From: a bacterium
GTDB taxonomy: Bacteria; UBA8248; JACPRG01; G963555815
Direction: 5' to 3'
Assembly (NCBI GenBank): GCA_965261595.1
Contig: CBDHDG010000004.1
Coordinates: 512,001-576,000 of the forward strand
Length of the DNA: 64,000 nucleotides
Shown here in pieces: positions 1-10,991 of the stretch; the stretch's first letter is position 1; each line of letters begins with the position of its first letter. The notes below the pieces were generated by a model. It saw only the letters and a list, made by a program, of their open reading frames with translations, ran no database searches and was not told the DNA's origin. The position numbers and the translations under genes were made by a program.

Positions 1-623
1 TCGCTCCTGCCCTCCCCTTCGGCGATATTTCGAATCACATTGTCGATCCGCTCTCCGGACGTCGCCCCCGGACAAACGGAATTGACCGTGATCCCGAACT
101 CTCCCACCTCATGCGCCAGGGTCCGCGTAAACCCCATGACGGCCATCTTGGAGCTGGTGTACGGCGTCCGCCTCACCAGGGGGCGCTTGCCGCTCATGGA
201 GGATATGTTGATGACGCGCCCCCACCGCTTGGCCTTCATCACTGGCAGCACTGCTTTGCAACAAAGAAACGGTCCGATGACGTTCACGGCGAATGTTTGA
301 TTCCAATCGTCGATGGTGGTCTCTTCACAAAGGGCCGTGGGACCCGCGATTCCGGAATTGTTGACCAGGATGTCGATGGTCCCGAAGGCCCCGAGCGTCT
401 CTTTCGCCATCCGGTTGACGGACTCCTCGGAGGTGACGTCCGTCTCCACGACGAGGCAGCGGCCTCCGTCGCCTTGAATCTCCTCCGCCGTCGCCCGCAG
501 CTGATCCAGCGACCGGGCCGCCAGCGTCACGGCCGCCCCTTCCCTGGCCATCACCTTTGCGATGGCGCGGCCAATCCCCCGTCCGCCGCCCGTCACGATT
601 GCCACCTTTCCCTCCAGCTCCAT
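1..623 (-). CDS. SDR family oxidoreductase (3' end outside window)
   Basis: ATG at 623 reads MELEGKVAIVTGGGRGIG...NNSG...YTSSK: TGxxxGxG and YxxxK motifs; runs off the window edge. Confidence 0.9.
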   Translation of the reverse strand, partial: MELEGKVAIVTGGGRGIGRAIAKVMAREGAAVTLAARSLDQLRATAEEIQGDGGRCLVVETDVTSEESVNRMAKETLGAFGTIDILVNNSGIAGPTALCEETTIDDWNQTFAVNVIGPFLCCKAVLPVMKAKRWGRVINISSMSGKRPLVRRTPYTSSKMAVMGFTRTLAHEVGEFGITVNSVCPGATSGERIDNVIRNIAEGEGRS

Positions 624-1040
624 GCGCGCTCCTCCGGTCTTGGAGACTGACAATCCGGAAATCCTATGTAATACAAGGAGTTAATCCTTATCACATGGCC
701 TTTTCAGGTGTCAAACGGGATAACGGACGGTGAATGCCCGCTGACGATGATGGGATCGAGGACGCACTTTGGAGTCGTGAACATCGCGTTTTGTGTTAAA
801 ATCCGATTTTGGAAAATGACGTGTAGAAAAACAACCTGTGGAGCAATAGGAGCCTCACGCGCCCAGCGCGAAATTCCTCCCGGCTTCCACGCAGAGTCAG
901 GCCCGTGGCGTCTCGCTGTTCCTCAAGAAGATTTTTCTGAAACAAGAGCCGCATCGCGCCGGGAGATCGAGCGCCGGAACGGATCAAGCCGGCCGGCGGG
1001 ACGCCCTTCCTTCATTTTTCGCTACGGACCGACAGTCTCG

Positions 1041-2096
1041 ATGACGAGCAAAACACTTCCCCCGACACACCGCGTTGTGGCCTGCCGGGGCGGCGACAGG
1101 ACGGAGATCGAAGAGCGCCCGGTCCCCAGGGTGGGCGATGAGGAGGTGTTGCTGCGCCTGCGTGTGGTGGGGCTTTGCGGCACCGACCTGTTCAAGCTTG
1201 GAACCGGCGCGGCGTCCCCGGGCCAGGTCCTCGGCCACGAGGTTGTGGGCGAGGTGGTGGACAAGGGACCCGCTGTCACACGCTTCGAGGAAGGCGACCG
1301 CGTGGCCGTTCCCCACCATGTCTCTTGCGGCGCGTGCCCCCTGTGCCTGCGGGGCGCGGAGACCATGTGCGGCGATTTTAAGGAGAATCTCCTTGAGCCC
1401 GGCGGATTCGCGGAGCGAATCCTGGTGCGTCCGCGGGCGCAAAACCTGGCCGCGCGCAGGATTCCCGATGGGATCGCGGACGAGGCGGCGGTGTTCATGG
1501 AGCCCGCCGCCTGCGTGTTGCGGGGTGTCCGGCGGGCCGGCGCGGACGGCGTCGGCGCGATGCTCATCCTGGGGGCGGGCAGCATGGGCCTGCTCCACCT
1601 GTTGGTCCTGAAGGCGCTGTGGCCGGAGGTCAAGGTCGTCGTTTCCGATCCCGTCGCCGAGCGTCGGGCGCATGCGTTGCGCCTTGGGGCCGACATGGCG
1701 GTGAACCCCGGCGGAGAGGCGGCCGACGCGATCCGGGACATGACCGGCGGACTGGGCGCGGAAACGGTGTTCGACACGGTGGGCGGGGCGAAGCCGCTCG
1801 GCGAGGGAATCGCCCTGAGCCGCGAAGGCGGGACAGTCGTCCTGTTCGCCCACGCCCCCGAGGGCGGACGCGCGGATTTCGAGATCAATGATCTGTTCAA
1901 ACACGAGCGCCGCGTGATCGGAACCTACTCCGGAGGGACGGCTGAGCAGGCGGAGATATTCCGCCTGCTCACCGAAGGGAAGCTCGATCCCGCCCCCTTG
2001 GCTACACACAGGCTGCCGCTGGAGGAATTCGAGCGCGGGGTGGAGCTCGCGCGGACGAGGCAGGCGCTGAAAGTGTTGTTCACACCCTCTGGATAG
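1041..2096 (+). CDS. Zn-dependent alcohol/polyol dehydrogenase (MDR family)
   Basis: CGTD, GHE, structural-Zn CxxCxxCx7C and GAGSMG motifs; likely start MTSKTL at 1041. Confidence 0.9.
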   Translation: MTSKTLPPTHRVVACRGGDRTEIEERPVPRVGDEEVLLRLRVVGLCGTDLFKLGTGAASPGQVLGHEVVGEVVDKGPAVTRFEEGDRVAVPHHVSCGACPLCLRGAETMCGDFKENLLEPGGFAERILVRPRAQNLAARRIPDGIADEAAVFMEPAACVLRGVRRAGADGVGAMLILGAGSMGLLHLLVLKALWPEVKVVVSDPVAERRAHALRLGADMAVNPGGEAADAIRDMTGGLGAETVFDTVGGAKPLGEGIALSREGGTVVLFAHAPEGGRADFEINDLFKHERRVIGTYSGGTAEQAEIFRLLTEGKLDPAPLATHRLPLEEFERGVELARTRQALKVLFTPSG

Positions 2097-2105
2097 GGAC
2101 GCCCG

Positions 2106-3182
2106 ATGGCCGATCAAAACGCAATTCCGACGACGATGCGCGGCGCCTGGTTGCTCGGACCCGAAAAGATCGAAATCCGCGAAACGCCGGTGGCTCCCCC
2201 CGGCCGCGGGGAAATCCTGTTGCGCGTTCGGGCGGCTGTGACCTGCGGCACCGACGTGAAGGTGTATCGCCGCGGGGGTCACGCCCGGATGCTGACACCG
2301 CCCACGCTGTTCGGCCATGAGATGGCGGGCGAGGTCGCCGCGGCGGGTGGGGGCGTAATCGGCTTTGCCGCCGGCGACGACGTGGTCGTCGCAAACTCCG
2401 CCCCCTGTCTGGAATGCTCATACTGCCGCGCGGGCCGCGAGAACCTCTGCCCGGACTTGAAATACCTCAACGGCGCCTTCGCCGAGTATCTCCTTGTTCC
2501 CGAGCGCTTCGTGCGCACGAGCACCTACCACAAGCCGGCCGGCCTGGGCTTCGAGAAGGCGGCCCTCGCCGAACCGCTCGCCTGCGTTCTTCACGGCATG
2601 GAGGCGTGCGGCCTTGACGCCCAAGATGAGACAGGGGCCGTCGCGGTCATCGTTTACGGGGCGGGCCCGATCGGCCTCCTGCACGTGGCCGCTCTCAAAC
2701 GGGCGGGCTATCGGGTGATTGCGGCCGACCCCAATCGTTCAAGACTCGAAGCGGCCCAGGCCTTGGGGGCGGACGAGATCGTCGCCATCGAGCGCGGCGG
2801 CGGCCAGGCGGAAGCAGTCAAGGCGCTAACCGCCGGCGGTCTTGGGGCCGATTACGCCATCGACTGCACCGGCGTGCCGGAGGTGTGGGCCGATGCGATA
2901 GTGTCCGTTCGGCCCGGCGGGGTCGTCTGCCTGCTCGGCGGCTGTCCGGCCGATACAATGTTGCCCCTCGACGCCCAATGGCTGCATTACAGCGAGATCA
3001 CGGTGAAGGGCGTTTACCATCATCGCCCGGCGATGGTTCGCCAAGCCCTGACAATCCTCGCCGATCCGGCCTTCGAGGCCGAGCGCCTCCTGTCCGCTGT
3101 GCGGCCCATCGCCGAGGTCGAGGAAGCGCTGCGGAGCATGATGCGCAAAGAGGCCCTGAAGGTGGTGATCAAGGTTTTGTAA
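2106..3182 (+). CDS. Zn-dependent alcohol/polyol dehydrogenase (MDR family)
   Basis: CGTD, GHE, CLECSYCx7C and GAGPIG motifs; 9 bp after the paralog. Confidence 0.9.
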   Translation: MADQNAIPTTMRGAWLLGPEKIEIRETPVAPPGRGEILLRVRAAVTCGTDVKVYRRGGHARMLTPPTLFGHEMAGEVAAAGGGVIGFAAGDDVVVANSAPCLECSYCRAGRENLCPDLKYLNGAFAEYLLVPERFVRTSTYHKPAGLGFEKAALAEPLACVLHGMEACGLDAQDETGAVAVIVYGAGPIGLLHVAALKRAGYRVIAADPNRSRLEAAQALGADEIVAIERGGGQAEAVKALTAGGLGADYAIDCTGVPEVWADAIVSVRPGGVVCLLGGCPADTMLPLDAQWLHYSEITVKGVYHHRPAMVRQALTILADPAFEAERLLSAVRPIAEVEEALRSMMRKEALKVVIKVL

Positions 3183-3508
3183 ACCGGCGGGGCGAAAAAA
3201 TGGCCGAGAGCGCCGGGCGGCGCGATTGTGGATTGGAACGCGACACAACGGCTCGGAAACGGAAATGAAAGCCCTGGCCCGCCCCCACGCTCAGAATCGT
3301 TGCCATTTCTCGAAATATTTCCTCTAATTCCACTGCAAATCCCCGTAAATCCAGCGGAAACTTGACACCCACACCGCTTGACTGTTAATTTTCCACGATT
3401 TCAATATTGGGAACGGGACCCCTTCTTGGCGTCCGCGGTTGGGGTCAACAAAGGGGGGGGGGAGAAAACCGGGGAGCTAAACCCCTTGCTTCATTGAGAG
3501 TTAACGCC

Positions 3509-4315
3509 TTGGATATCATCGTCTGCTTTAAACAAGTGTTGGACCCGGACATCCCCGTCCGCGATTTCAAGGTGGACGAGGACGCCAAGTGCGTCGTCCC
3601 GCCTCCGAACGTCTCACCCGTCATCAGCAACTTCGACGAATACGCCATCGAGGCGGCCGTTCAGCTCAAAGAAGCCTTGGGCGGGACCATCACCGTCCTC
3701 ACCGTGGGCGATGACGGTCCGAAGGACAATATCAAGAAAGCCCTGGCCATGGGGTGCGACGAAGCCTTCCTTCTGAGCGACCCTTCATTCGAGGGCTCCG
3801 ACGCCTTCGGCTCCGCGCAAATCCTGGCCTCGGCGATTCGGAAGATCGAAAATTACGATTTGATCCTCTTCGGCCGGGTGTCCTCCGACTGGAGCTCGGG
3901 CGCGACGGGCCTTGCCGTCGCCGAGAACCTGGGTCTGCCCGCCGTCACGCAGGTCCAGAAGATCGAGCCGGGTGAGGGCTCCCTCCGCGTCCGCGTCGAG
4001 CGGGTCATCGAGGACGGAAGCGCGGTCTATGACGTGCCGCTGCCCTGCGTCCTCACCATCAGCAACGAGATCAACGAACCCCGCCTGCCCACGGTTCCCG
4101 GCATTCTGAAGGCGTCGCGGAAAGAGGCGCCCACGTGGAGCGCGGCGGACCTCGACCTCCCGCCCGGCGGGTTCGGCGACGGCGGTTCCGGCGAGGACCT
4201 CCTCCGCCTTTACATTCCCCAACACGAGAGTCAGTGCCAAATCGTCGAAGGCGACTCGCTTGAGGAGGCGGCCGAAAACCTGGCCCTCCTCCTCCGCGAG
4301 CGGAAGCTTCTTTGA
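3509..4315 (+). CDS. etfB: electron transfer flavoprotein beta subunit
   Basis: TTG start, MDIIVCFKQVLDP...FDEYAIEAA...NEPRLP. Confidence 0.92.
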   Translation: MDIIVCFKQVLDPDIPVRDFKVDEDAKCVVPPPNVSPVISNFDEYAIEAAVQLKEALGGTITVLTVGDDGPKDNIKKALAMGCDEAFLLSDPSFEGSDAFGSAQILASAIRKIENYDLILFGRVSSDWSSGATGLAVAENLGLPAVTQVQKIEPGEGSLRVRVERVIEDGSAVYDVPLPCVLTISNEINEPRLPTVPGILKASRKEAPTWSAADLDLPPGGFGDGGSGEDLLRLYIPQHESQCQIVEGDSLEEAAENLALLLRERKLL

Positions 4316-4326
4316 GGGAGAACGAT

Positions 4327-5316
4327 GTGACGCAACCCATCCTGGCCCTGGCCGAGAGCGCGGACGGAAGGCTTGCTTCCGTCACGGCCGAGGTGCTCGG
4401 AACCGCCCGGAAGCTGGCCAACGAGTCCGGCGCGGCGGTCGTCACACTGCTGGCGGGATCCGAGGTCTCCGCCCTGGGAGAGCCGTTGATCCATCTCGGC
4501 GCGGACCGGGCCATTGTCGTGGACGACCCCCTGCTCGCCGGATATGAGGGCGGCGCCTATTCCTCCGTCGTCAACGGCGTCATCGAAGACGTCAAGCCCT
4601 CGGTTTTCCTCTGCGCGCTCAACGATGTCGGCCGCGATCTGGCCCCGCGCGTGGCCCACCGCCAGAACGCCCACCTGGCTGGCGACTGCGTGGACCTTCG
4701 CCGGGAAGGGGACAGGCTTATCGTGAGCCGTCCGGTCTGGGGCGGCAGCGCGATGGCCGAGGTGTCCTCCCGGGACGGCCGCATGCAGGTGGTCGCCCTC
4801 CGGCCGAAGGCCTTCCCCCGCGCCGAGGCGGACGCGGCCCGGACGGGCGAGGTCGAAGCGCGGCCGGCGGGGCTCGACGCGGCCACCCTCCCGGTCAAGT
4901 TCCTGGAGAAGGTCAGCGTCAAGACGGAGGGGGTGCGCCTCGAGGACGCCGCCGTCGTGATCTCCGGCGGCCGGGGGCTGGGCGGGGCGGAGAATTTCAG
5001 CTACCTGGAGGAGCTCGCCGAGGTTCTGGGAGCGGCGCTCGGGGCGTCGCGCGCGGCGGTGGACGCGGGCTGGGTCCCGCCGCAATACCAGGTCGGCCAG
5101 ACAGGCAAGATCGTGAGTCCCGACCTCTACCTCGCCGTGGGGATCTCCGGGGCGACGCAGCACATGGTCGGCGCCGGACCGTCCAAGAACATTGTGGCCA
5201 TCAACACCGACCCCGAGGCCCCCATCTTCGAACGGGCTCAATTCGGTGTCGTGGGCGATTACAAGCGGGTCATCCCGGCGTTCACGGCGAAATGCCGCGA
5301 GCTTCTGGACCCCTAG
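4327..5316 (+). CDS. etfA: electron transfer flavoprotein alpha subunit
   Basis: [31 protein letters not shown] motifs; start may be 4312 or 4327. Confidence 0.95.
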   Translation: MTQPILALAESADGRLASVTAEVLGTARKLANESGAAVVTLLAGSEVSALGEPLIHLGADRAIVVDDPLLAGYEGGAYSSVVNGVIEDVKPSVFLCALNDVGRDLAPRVAHRQNAHLAGDCVDLRREGDRLIVSRPVWGGSAMAEVSSRDGRMQVVALRPKAFPRAEADAARTGEVEARPAGLDAATLPVKFLEKVSVKTEGVRLEDAAVVISGGRGLGGAENFSYLEELAEVLGAALGASRAAVDAGWVPPQYQVGQTGKIVSPDLYLAVGISGATQHMVGAGPSKNIVAINTDPEAPIFERAQFGVVGDYKRVIPAFTAKCRELLDP

Positions 5317-5391
5317 CTGAACGCGGGCGCATCATTACCGAAAAGGAAACGGACCATCAAACCTTCCCCCCCCTACTCCCGACTGGCCGAG

Positions 5392-6120
5392 TTGTATGAC
5401 CGACACTGGACTGGGGATTTCGCGCGTGCGATTTTCGAGCGGTCTTCGGCGCTGCTCAAGGGCGAAGGCATCAAGCCCGGGGCGATGATCGACCTGGCGT
5501 GCGGGACGGGCCGGCTGGCCATCCTCTTCGCCGCAAAAGGCTGGACAGTCACCGGCGTGGACCTCTCCAAAGACATGCTGGCCGTCGCCGAAAAGAACTC
5601 CCGCAAGGCGAAGGGGGGACGGAAAATCACATATGTCCGCGGGGACATGCGGAAGTGGTCGAAGGAAAACGCGGCGGATCTGGTCACATGCGTCTACGAC
5701 AGCCTCAATCACCTCCCCACCAAGTCCGACCTCCAGAAGGTCTTCCGCAACGTCTACAAGACGCTGAAGCCGGGGGGAATCTTCCTGTTCGATCTCAACG
5801 ACCAGGAGTTTTACGAAACCTACTGGAACGGCCGCGCGGATTTTGCCGAAGGGAAGGACGATTCCCTCGTTGTCCGGTTGTCCTATTCGGCCAAACAATC
5901 GACCGGGCGGGTGGAATCCACGGCGTTTTTACGAAAAGGAAAGGTCTACGAACGGGTCCAGGAGGTGGTCATGGAGCGGATGTTCACGCCGAGCGACGTG
6001 GCCCGGATGCTGGGGACAGCCCGGTTCGTGGACATCAACGCCGGGCGGTTCAACCCGATCCCCCTCCCCTACCAAGGAACGCTCAAGACCTTCTGGTCGG
6101 CGAAAAAAGAACCCTCCTGA
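5392..6120 (+). CDS. class I SAM-dependent methyltransferase
   Basis: DLACGTG motif I, GVDLS, LKPGG; start uncertain. Confidence 0.85.
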   Translation: MYDRHWTGDFARAIFERSSALLKGEGIKPGAMIDLACGTGRLAILFAAKGWTVTGVDLSKDMLAVAEKNSRKAKGGRKITYVRGDMRKWSKENAADLVTCVYDSLNHLPTKSDLQKVFRNVYKTLKPGGIFLFDLNDQEFYETYWNGRADFAEGKDDSLVVRLSYSAKQSTGRVESTAFLRKGKVYERVQEVVMERMFTPSDVARMLGTARFVDINAGRFNPIPLPYQGTLKTFWSAKKEPS

Positions 6121-6145
6121 TCCCTCGACGCTCCGGAATCCCGTC

Positions 6146-6718
6146 ATGCAAGTCATCGACATCTTCTGGCAAAACAAAGAAATTCAAACCCTCGCCCCCA
6201 TTTGGCGGCCCGGTCTGGATGTCCTCTTCGTCGGCCTGAATCCGTCCCTCCCCAGCATGGAGGCCGGTCATTATCACCGGGGCAACCTGGGCAAGCGGTT
6301 CTGGAAACGGCTGCGCTCGGCCGCCCTCGTGGAAAACGCCGATGACGGACGGGAGGACGAGGCCCTTCTCGACAGCGGCCTCGGCATCACGGACCTTGTT
6401 CCCCGCCCTACGGCCCGGGCCGATGAGATCACCGAGGAAGAGTTCTCCCTGGGCGCACAGTTCGTCCTGTATCAGATCCAGTCGGGAAATCCGCGCGTGG
6501 TCTGTTTCATCTACAAGAAGGCGCTCGAAGCACTGGTGGGCGGGAAGGTCCCCGGAGAGGGCGGGCTCATCGAGTCCACGGACGAAGCCTGGACCGGCCT
6601 GTTCGGCGAAAGCCGCGTCTTCCTCTTCCCCAGCCCCTACGCGAAATCCGAAATCGAGCGGGAAATCCTCGACAAGTTCAAGCGGCTCGTCGAGGAAGTC
6701 CGCGCCGGCCGGGGTTGA
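6146..6718 (+). CDS. mug: mismatch-specific DNA glycosylase (Mug/TDG, UDG family 2)
   Basis: VLFVGLNP, GHY, RFW, GITDLV, FPSP motifs. Confidence 0.8.
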   Translation: MQVIDIFWQNKEIQTLAPIWRPGLDVLFVGLNPSLPSMEAGHYHRGNLGKRFWKRLRSAALVENADDGREDEALLDSGLGITDLVPRPTARADEITEEEFSLGAQFVLYQIQSGNPRVVCFIYKKALEALVGGKVPGEGGLIESTDEAWTGLFGESRVFLFPSPYAKSEIEREILDKFKRLVEEVRAGRG

Positions 6719-6828
6719 ATCACAAACCGAAGAGAATCCCACGTGGCTCTTTTGTAAGCCAGCCCCCCGGAAAACTTTGTTGTGGCGATAGACGATCCCG
6801 GCCCGCCACACGCCTGTTGGGAATAATT

Positions 6829-6852
6829 TGTTGGAATGCAGGACCTGACCCC
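6829..6852 (+). repeat. copy A of a dispersed 24-bp GACCTGACCCC-type repeat
   Basis: TGTTGGAATGCAGGACCTGACCCC; 19/24 identical to the reverse complement of 12894-12917. Confidence 0.6.
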
Positions 6853-7095
6853 GAGTCCTCCACGAAACAAAACCGGCTGACTCGTTGTCCAATTCTGATA
6901 TGTTGCCTCGGGCTCGGGTGCTTGGCTGGACGGCGCTGTGGTTTTGGGCGGACCCCGTTGCGGCTTCGTCCGAGGTAGAGGAAATCAAAAAAGATACGAT
7001 TTAGAAATATGCGACCAGAGCAGGTGGAAGAGGAAGCAGGCATTTCAGGTTGTTTTGTGGAAGAAGGCGGGTGCTTGTCGGAATCAAGGAGGGTG

Positions 7096-8415
7096 ATGAT
7101 GAGAAGGACGGCGACGGTTTCTCTGGGTCTGATGTCGGTCCTGGCGGTGGCTTTGTCCCTGGCGCCGAAAAGCGCCTTCGCGGCGAAATGCAATTGGACC
7201 GCGACAGGCCGGTTGGCCGTCAAGCACCAACTTTCAGAATTGAAGGACAAGTTCAATGGGGAGTCCTTTCTGAAGGGAGTGCAGGTCAACGTCTCGGCCA
7301 GGATAAGGGTCGCCGGCGTGTGGGGACCCTGGGGAAGCTGGGGGACCGTCCGGACCAACCGCAAAGGCGAGTTCTCGATCTCGAAGAGAAAAAGTTGCGG
7401 CGTCCGAAGATTCAGGGTGCGGGTGAAGTTCAAGGACTCCTCCCTGGAAGTCCGGCACAAGAGGTCGACCTCATCCGTTACGAAGGTCAAGTGGTAGAGA
7501 GTCGTCAACAATCGCCGGCATCGGGCGGGGCGGGTCTCCTTTGGCCGACTCACATTCAGGTCGCGCGGCAGCCAAGCCCTGGGAAACTTCGAGGCGCGCC
7601 GCCACGCCGATATCTGGATCCTCTACAAGATGGCCATTCGGCACGTGCGTCGGATGGGCGGAAGCTACGCATTCACAACGAAGGTCAAGTTGAAACATCC
7701 CCACAACGGAATCGTCAAGGATGCGCAGGAAGGAAGTTATGCCAACCCTACGACCAAGGTGATCTACATTATCAAGAACACCAAAAAAGACCATTTCACC
7801 ACCAGGACGCTGCTCCACGAGATCGGCCATATCTGGGCCTATAACCACAGCTACGGTGAGTTCTGCCTGACGGAGGGGCTGCTCAAAACGGGCAGCACCC
7901 ACGGCTTGGTCAAAGACCACTGTGTCGCTTTCCACGAGGGGTTCGCCGAATACTGGACGGGAAAAATGAGACAGGCGCTCTTCGGAAAGGACGCGATTCT
8001 TCCCCGCGACCGAAGGTCGCTGACGAGCAGCCGCCTGCCCGTCCGCATCCTGGTCCAGCGGCACGACGCGGGGTGGAAGTCGGTCTCCAACAAGCTGACG
8101 ACCCCCAACATCCACAAGTACGACTTCGGGACCGCCGTGAGGGGGTCCGGCAGTTCAATCCGGGAAAAAAGCCCCGCGCCCACCGGCTGCACGAGCCCGA
8201 AGATTACCTTCAAGAACGTTCTCCGGACGTTTAACCCGCGCTCTTCCAAAGGGTATCCGAAGAAGTTGAACAGGAAGGAGACGACCATCGTTAAATTTTT
8301 GAATCGGGCCGCGGCCATCCTCGGTCCAATGACCAGGAGGCACGGCCGGATGTACAAGGAGCTCGCGGACCCGTCCAAAACCCGCCAGCCTTCCGACTGG
8401 CTCTGTGGCAGCTAG
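7096..8415 (+). pseudogene. secreted basic zinc metallopeptidase-like protein interrupted by an in-frame TAG
   Basis: signal peptide (...SAFA); ORFs 7009-7497 and 7630-8415 share a frame with only the TAG at 7495-7497 between them; HEIGH and FHEGFAEY motifs. Confidence 0.7.
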
Positions 8416-8570
8416 GGGGACGGATGTTTCACATGCCAACATCCCCAAATTCCGGGCTAAAATACGCTTGGCCAACGGTAGGCGCGGGTCAACATCCCGT
8501 GTCGGGAAGGGAGGAAGTTGTTGTTTCTCCTCGATGCTTGTTCGACGGCGATCGCGGGAGAGGGCGGACG

Positions 8571-9914
8571 GTGAGACCGATCCATTCCTTCATTCTCCGC
8601 GCTCGGTTGGTCGCGCTGGTTGTCGCCGCCGGCCTCTTGATCGCGGGTTGTCCCCGCACTGTGCCCCACCTGGAGTACACGCCCCTCTCCGGGACGCCTT
8701 CCCTGAGTCTCGCTTCCCTGCAACCCCTGAAAATTTTCTTGGGCGCTGTAAAGGACAGCCGCGGCGTCGAGAAGCGGTTCCTTGTCAAACATGGCGGAGG
8801 GGACATCTTCTATTTGGAGGCGCCTTTGGCTGTGGACGTCAAGAAAGCCCTGAGCGCTGAATTCCGTCACATGGGAATACCTCTCGCCGCCTCCAGCTTA
8901 CAGGCGCAAGGGCGTCTGGATGCGGAGATCACGCGACTTGAACTGGATTTTCAAGGCACCCAACCGGCCGGATTCCTTTACTTTCCGGAATTGATCAAGG
9001 CCCGGATCTACTTGAAGGTGACATTACAAGCCACGGGGCAGGCCATTCCCCTCTGGGAGGTCCGCCTGGAGGGCGCCGGGTGGGCGGCGCGGAGCGCGCT
9101 TCAAGGCCCCGAGCTGCCGCTGGCCGACGCCGTGTCCCGCGCTTTGAGCAAGGCCGTCGCCGGGTTGGGACAAGCCCCCGGATTCGCGGACACGTTGGCG
9201 AAACTGTCGGGCGCCGCGAGAGCCGTTGCAAAAAGGGAAACGCCTCCCAGGCGTCCGGAGGCCGTGGCCCGGCCGGCGGCGCCGGAGACGAAGGCTTGGC
9301 GCTCGGCGGGCTCGGGGTTCCTGCTGCGGGGTACGACACACATTCTGACGAGCTTGCACGTGGTCCAGGGAATGAAGGCCATCCGCGTCTCCTTCCCCAC
9401 AGGAGAGACCTACCCCGCCAAGGTCGTGGCCGGCGACGCGAACAACGACCTGGCCCTCCTTCAGGTTCAGGGGATGCAGGCCAAGGCCGGGGGCTTCGCG
9501 GCGGATCTCAGGACAGAAGTCGATCCGGGGGAGAGGGTTCACGCCCTGGGCTATCCCCTCGGCGCGCAGCTCAGCCGCCGGCCCAGCATCGTGTCGGGTG
9601 AGGTCAGCGCCGCAACCGGCCTGGGCGACAACATCGCCCAGTTTCGGATGACCAACCCCATCAACGAAGGCAACAGCGGCGGTCCCGTCATCAACTCGCG
9701 GGGCCTCCTTGTCGGCGTGGCCGCCTCGGGCATGATTCAGCGCGGCGTTCAGGGCATCCGCTTCGGGACGAAGATCTCGGCCGCCACGCTCATCCTCCGA
9801 CGGGCGAGGTTGGTGCGGAAGTTCTCCATCGCCGTCGTGCCCAAAGGCCGCCTCACCGCCGTCGAGATCTTCCGCAAGCACTCCCCCTTCGTCGTCCTCA
9901 TCGAAACCCGGTAA
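8571..9914 (+). CDS. lipoprotein with C-terminal trypsin-like serine protease domain
   Basis: lipobox LIAGC; catalytic triad contexts TSLHVV, NDLALL, GNSGGP. Confidence 0.85.
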   Translation: MRPIHSFILRARLVALVVAAGLLIAGCPRTVPHLEYTPLSGTPSLSLASLQPLKIFLGAVKDSRGVEKRFLVKHGGGDIFYLEAPLAVDVKKALSAEFRHMGIPLAASSLQAQGRLDAEITRLELDFQGTQPAGFLYFPELIKARIYLKVTLQATGQAIPLWEVRLEGAGWAARSALQGPELPLADAVSRALSKAVAGLGQAPGFADTLAKLSGAARAVAKRETPPRRPEAVARPAAPETKAWRSAGSGFLLRGTTHILTSLHVVQGMKAIRVSFPTGETYPAKVVAGDANNDLALLQVQGMQAKAGGFAADLRTEVDPGERVHALGYPLGAQLSRRPSIVSGEVSAATGLGDNIAQFRMTNPINEGNSGGPVINSRGLLVGVAASGMIQRGVQGIRFGTKISAATLILRRARLVRKFSIAVVPKGRLTAVEIFRKHSPFVVLIETR

Positions 9915-9940
9915 AACCGGCTTCCAATGGTCTTTACACA

Positions 9941-10060
9941 ATTGGGGCCAAGGTGGTCACCCACGCCCGGCACATCGTCTTTCAGATGGCCGAGGTTGCC
10001 GTGTCGCGTCAACTGTTCAGGGCTGTTCTTGAGGGAATCCGCCGGTTGTGGAGATTGGGG
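9941..10060 (+). mobile_element. IS1380-family transposase C-terminal remnant
   Basis: reads IGAKVVTHARHIVFQMAEVAVSRQLFRAVLEGIRRL, resembling IS1380 transposase C-termini. Confidence 0.6.
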
Positions 10061-10313
10061 GGGGGGGGGGGCGCCGACCCGTAGTCGGCGCGCATCAAGG
10101 GAAAGGATTACAAGGAGTTTAGACCCGTGATTGCCCCCCGCAATACAAACGAACTCAAGATCCTCGAAATGGTGTTGACATTGTGCTTAAAGTCTGGCCC
10201 GCTAGAAAAACTTCTTGTCAGAAGTATGATTTGGTGGATCATCCAGGAAATCCCGGTTTCTTCGGAAAGGGGACCGGAGCGTTACCCTCGCAGGTTGAAA
10301 TGGGAATCTCGGG

Positions 10314-10991
10314 TTGAAGAAGCCAAGCTTTTTTGTTCTGGGAGCGGTTGTTCCGGCCCTCTTTTTCATGGCTATCCCCGCGGCTACGGCGGATCTCAAA
10401 GGGGACCTGTCGTTGGGCCGGGAGGTGTACCTGGAGGTTTGCGCTTCCTGTCACGGGAAAAGGGGCGATGGCCGAGGAACGGGTTACAAGGACAAAATGC
10501 CGCTTCCCCAGGTCTTGGCCAACCCTTCTTACATGATGCGTTTGACTCCGCAGTACATGTTCGATGTGGTGAAGTACGGCAAGATAGCCGTTCTCAAAGG
10601 AGAGAAGAAGACGGGCCATTATCAAGTCATGCCGATGCCCGGCTTCGAAGGGGCCCTTGAGGACGACGTCATCCTCGCCCTTGTCGGCTACATAAAATCT
10701 CTTCGCACCGGACGGTGGAACCCCTCGAAAAGAGGGAAGCTCACCAGCGGAAACTCCCGCGAGTATTACGAGGCGGCGTGCGCTGAGCGTCATGGCCCGG
10801 CCGGAAGAGGCGATGGCCCAACGGCCGTCGGAGGGCAAGACCCCCGCAAGCCTTTCGTCAGCGTTGTACAGCCCGCGCCCGCCGATCTGACCGACCCCGT
10901 TCTGATGACTCGATTCTCAGATCGGTTTATCTTCTCGCTGATCAAATTCGTAATATCGACACCATCGATGTCGAGAACTACGATACGATGA
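10314..10991 (+). CDS. c-type cytochrome, originally di-heme; probably degenerate or truncated
   Basis: signal peptide, CASCHG, MPMPGF; second motif is CAERHG; ends in an AT-rich tail. Confidence 0.7.
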   Translation: MKKPSFFVLGAVVPALFFMAIPAATADLKGDLSLGREVYLEVCASCHGKRGDGRGTGYKDKMPLPQVLANPSYMMRLTPQYMFDVVKYGKIAVLKGEKKTGHYQVMPMPGFEGALEDDVILALVGYIKSLRTGRWNPSKRGKLTSGNSREYYEAACAERHGPAGRGDGPTAVGGQDPRKPFVSVVQPAPADLTDPVLMTRFSDRFIFSLIKFVISTPSMSRTTIR

